This document shows positions 61,059-64,000 of a DNA stretch of 64,000 nt, in pieces; the first letter of the stretch is position 1; every line of letters starts with the position of its first letter. Position numbers and translations under genes: made by a program. Source of the DNA: Macrostomum hystrix (lineage: Eukaryota > Animalia > Platyhelminthes). The notes under the pieces were generated by a model. It was not told the origin of the DNA, did not search any database, and saw only the letters and a program-made list of their open reading frames with translations. The stretch is from NCBI GenBank assembly GCA_950097015.1, contig CATNEN010000007.1:5146001-5210000 (forward strand). Direction: 5' to 3'.

Positions 61059-64000
61059 ATGCATGTCTCTATTTTGGTTCTCATAAGTGCAACATTTTTT
61101 ATAAGTTTGTCAAAAGCAGGTAAGTCTTGTATCGGCTAGTCAATTTGTAATTGTACATCGACATTGTAATCACCTGTATTTGACAGTTCACGCTGATTCT
61201 TTTGCGATATCTGATAACCAAGAGAAAATTGAGTATATTCATTTATCAATTTCTCTATAATTTGTGTATCTTTGAACTGGTCATTTACTTCATATTATCA
61301 GATCTAAGTAAACCTAGCCTAAAATGTAAAAAACAGAATGTAGGTTTTTTATGTTATGTAATATTAGTGATTTTTTGTCTTAGGGATTTATTTAAAAAAG
61401 AAAGTAAAATGTGAAAAAAATTAATAATGTAACACATTATTAGGCCTACTTGTATGCATGTAAGTGCAAATTTTGGGAGAAAGTATAGGACAAAATGCAA
61501 CCACAAATAGTATTTGCATTTTTAGAGCTTTGCTTTAGGTATGTTGATGATTGTTTAAATGTTGCACAAGAATACTGAATGCTGAAACTAAAGTGTTTAT
61601 GTTAAAGAAATGTATATATAGCATGCAGGCAATTACTGTGATGACTGAAATAATTGCCTTATACTATGATGAGTTTAGGAGTTAGTTTTTGGACACAATC
61701 CTTATAGTTCTCTATATTTGCCAAAAAAAAATGTTAGTAATAATTTTGCTAAATAGTTTGTTTATAAACTTTAGGAATATAATAAGTAATTATTTCTGTT
61801 GAGTATATAAATAATAAATTTTTGTTTGTGTTTTTTAAATAGAAACTACTGTACCTGTTTATGTAGCAATTTTTGAAGCTATATACTAGAAAGGCTCAAA
61901 CATCTATGCTACTCTCTACCCAACTAATGTTGGTATTCATTAGTTGTATTAGTAGGTAATTAGTTGTATTAGGTGATTTCATGATTTAGGTATTCATGAA
62001 ATAAAGCACTTGATAAAAATTATTTAGTTTAAGATACAAATAGCTTGATTTTGTATGAGAATCAAGTATCCAACCTCTGCTTTTAAGTCTGAAGCTCACA
62101 ACCACAAAGCTACAACTCATTGTATTAATTAATATATTATCAATATTAACTATATGTAGAGCATGAACTGCCAATTCTCCTACAAATAATCAATTGTATT
62201 TAAACAAGTGTTGTAAACTATGCAAATTGTATGTTTGGCTCACTTTTATGTAATATAGACACAATTTCTACCATAGCTGGATAGCTTATATATAATATAT
62301 TCAGTAGTCTATATATTTTATGCTTTGACACTAAAAGTATAATTTGCATCCATTTTTGCATTTGTATCAAGATTGATTCCTTTTTAAATTACTAATGAGA
62401 GAAAAAATTGTAAGGCTTCATAAACTCCTCACAACTACAAACTAAAAATCAAATAGTTAAATTTTTTGCCAACTCCCTAATAGCTAGCCTTTATGCAATT
62501 TTTTTTATCTGACTAAGTTTCAACTTCAGGCCTATCTATACAATTTTCAACATTTTTAATCAGGTATTCCTGTCCGATGGTGTGTCTACACAGACGACGA
62601 GGAAGCTAAGTGCCAGGATTTGATTGCCCAGATAAAATTCCAAGGCTACGTGACTCATACCTTGACCTGCGTGCGTCAGCCTGATGCTCTAGAATGCATG
62701 AACGCCATTGGTAAAGTGAATCCTACTGCCGACGTGATGCGATTGGACGCCGGCCTTGCTTATTATGCTGCCCAACTGTACACAATGCGGCCAGTTCTGG
62801 CTGAGAACTATGGCACTAATAATCGGGGCGGCAGCGCTGGCGGACGCCAGGTAAAATAGTGCCATGTAGTTATTATTTATCAAAGTTTAATTCGTTGCTT
62901 TTGACAGCGTTTGAATGCTTTTGTGCAATCTATGCCTCCTCCTTCTTTAAGGTGGATTATCCGACATCCGTTCTGGTTCGGGCAGGCAGCGCTGTGCGGC
63001 TCGATAACATGCACAACATGAAGCTGTGCAGCAGCGGTGTCGGCACAGCCGAGGGTTGGACAGCGCCACTAGCCAGGTGGGTTCATTATTTATTATCTAG
63101 CTACCGCCCTGGCAATGTCTTCAGTCTGCAGTAACCTTTACTCTCGCCACCCATGTTTCTCACATCAGACTAATCCAGCAGACAAAGACCATTCCGGTGC
63201 TGCAGTGCAACTCGGTTGTGCTGACCGTGGCCAACTACTTCAGCGCAATGTGCCTTCCGGGCGCCATGAGTTCGCTATTTAATAACTTTGGCAGCAATCC
63301 GGTCAAGGCCTGCTCAATCTGTCGCGATCGAGGCGACGGTGCCAAATTCTGCAGGATGAGCGACAACTATGCCGGCAGCGACGGCGCCCTGCGCTGCATG
63401 ACCCAGCAGATGGCTGACGTGGCCTTCCTGCGACTGGACGAACTGTTGGACTATGCTAATAGCACCGGCACCAGCCTCAGTCAATTTGAGCTGCTGTGCT
63501 CAGACGGCTCAAGGCAGCCTGTGTCTGCCGGAGGCTGCAGCTGGGCCAATGTGCCCTCCGCCCTGGTTGTGGCGTCGATTCGAACAACAACCGAGATGGT
63601 CCAGGTATGAAGGAGGTGTTATTTTCCCACTAATCCTTCAGGTTTTTTTACTACTTCTTCGGGATTGTTCCAATAAACCATCGGGATTGTTCCTCTAATC
63701 CTTCGGAATTTTTCCGCTAATCCTTCGGGATTAGTCCACTAATCCTTCGAGGTTTTTCCGCTTATCCTTTCTTCGAGTTTTTTAACCTTCATAATATAAA
63801 TGTGCGCCTTCCCACTCGGCCCGCAGGAGTACCGAATCTTCCTCAAGTGGCTGGCCGCCACCTTCGGTCCTACAAGCACCGTCAGCACGTGGCGGCTGTT
63901 CAGCTCGGAGATGTACGCCACTAAGAATCTGATGTTCTCCGACCAGACAAACCTGTTCTACGACTCAGTTGACGACAGTTCGACAGACAAAAAGGACTTG
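61059..64000 (+). CDS. Transferrin/melanotransferrin-family protein, N-lobe, 3' end beyond the window; exons 61059-61119, 62564-62850, 62952-63076, 63169-63604, 63827-end
   Basis: Signal-peptide exon MHVSILVLISATFFISLSKAG|; then VRWC...EEAKC, CMNAI..ADVMRLDAG, PVLAENYG, GW, YFSAMCLPGA, GALRCM..ADVAF, FELLCSDGSR and LFSS..KNLMFSD. All introns are GT-AG and in phase. Confidence 0.93.
63625..63772. repeat. Degenerate ~22-bp repeat (TTCCACTAATCCTTCGGGATTG) filling transferrin intron 4
   Basis: About six degenerate units between donor 63605 and acceptor 63826. Confidence 0.75.

Overview
Eukaryotic (metazoan) genomic DNA with GT-AG introns, GC-rich exons and AT-rich spacers. Roughly a quarter of the window (about 17 kb by manual tally) consists of 15-35 bp minisatellite arrays. 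This composition resembles a Macrostomum-type flatworm (inference, not verified). I reconstructed eight protein-coding genes by hand, checking splice phases: a TRH-receptor-like GPCR (-), CCDC151/ODAD3 (-), a C3orf18/SMIM29-like membrane protein (+), an MPHOSPH9-like gene (+, 8 exons), an HCFC1R1/CCDC117-like gene (+), a six-finger C2H2 protein (-), a secreted or GPI-anchored LDLa protein (-) and a transferrin-family gene (+, runs off the window). There is also an ankyrin-like pseudogene. Mobile DNA includes two tRNA-headed SINE families, four TIR MITEs (three clustered upstream of the transferrin gene) and LINE remnants. Best leads: (1) minisatellites abutting splice sites, including a G-quadruplex-type array full of decoy GTGAG donors right after a real donor; (2) a transferrin N-lobe lacking two of four iron ligands; (3) splice acceptors just upstream of several start codons and a possible operon, suggesting SL trans-splicing; (4) RFX X-boxes near the ciliary genes; (5) a hAT-like MITE with p53-type half-sites. 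I found no CRISPR array and no prokaryotic system. The very long ORFs in the ORF track are repeat artefacts. Family assignments come from remembered motifs, not from database searches.
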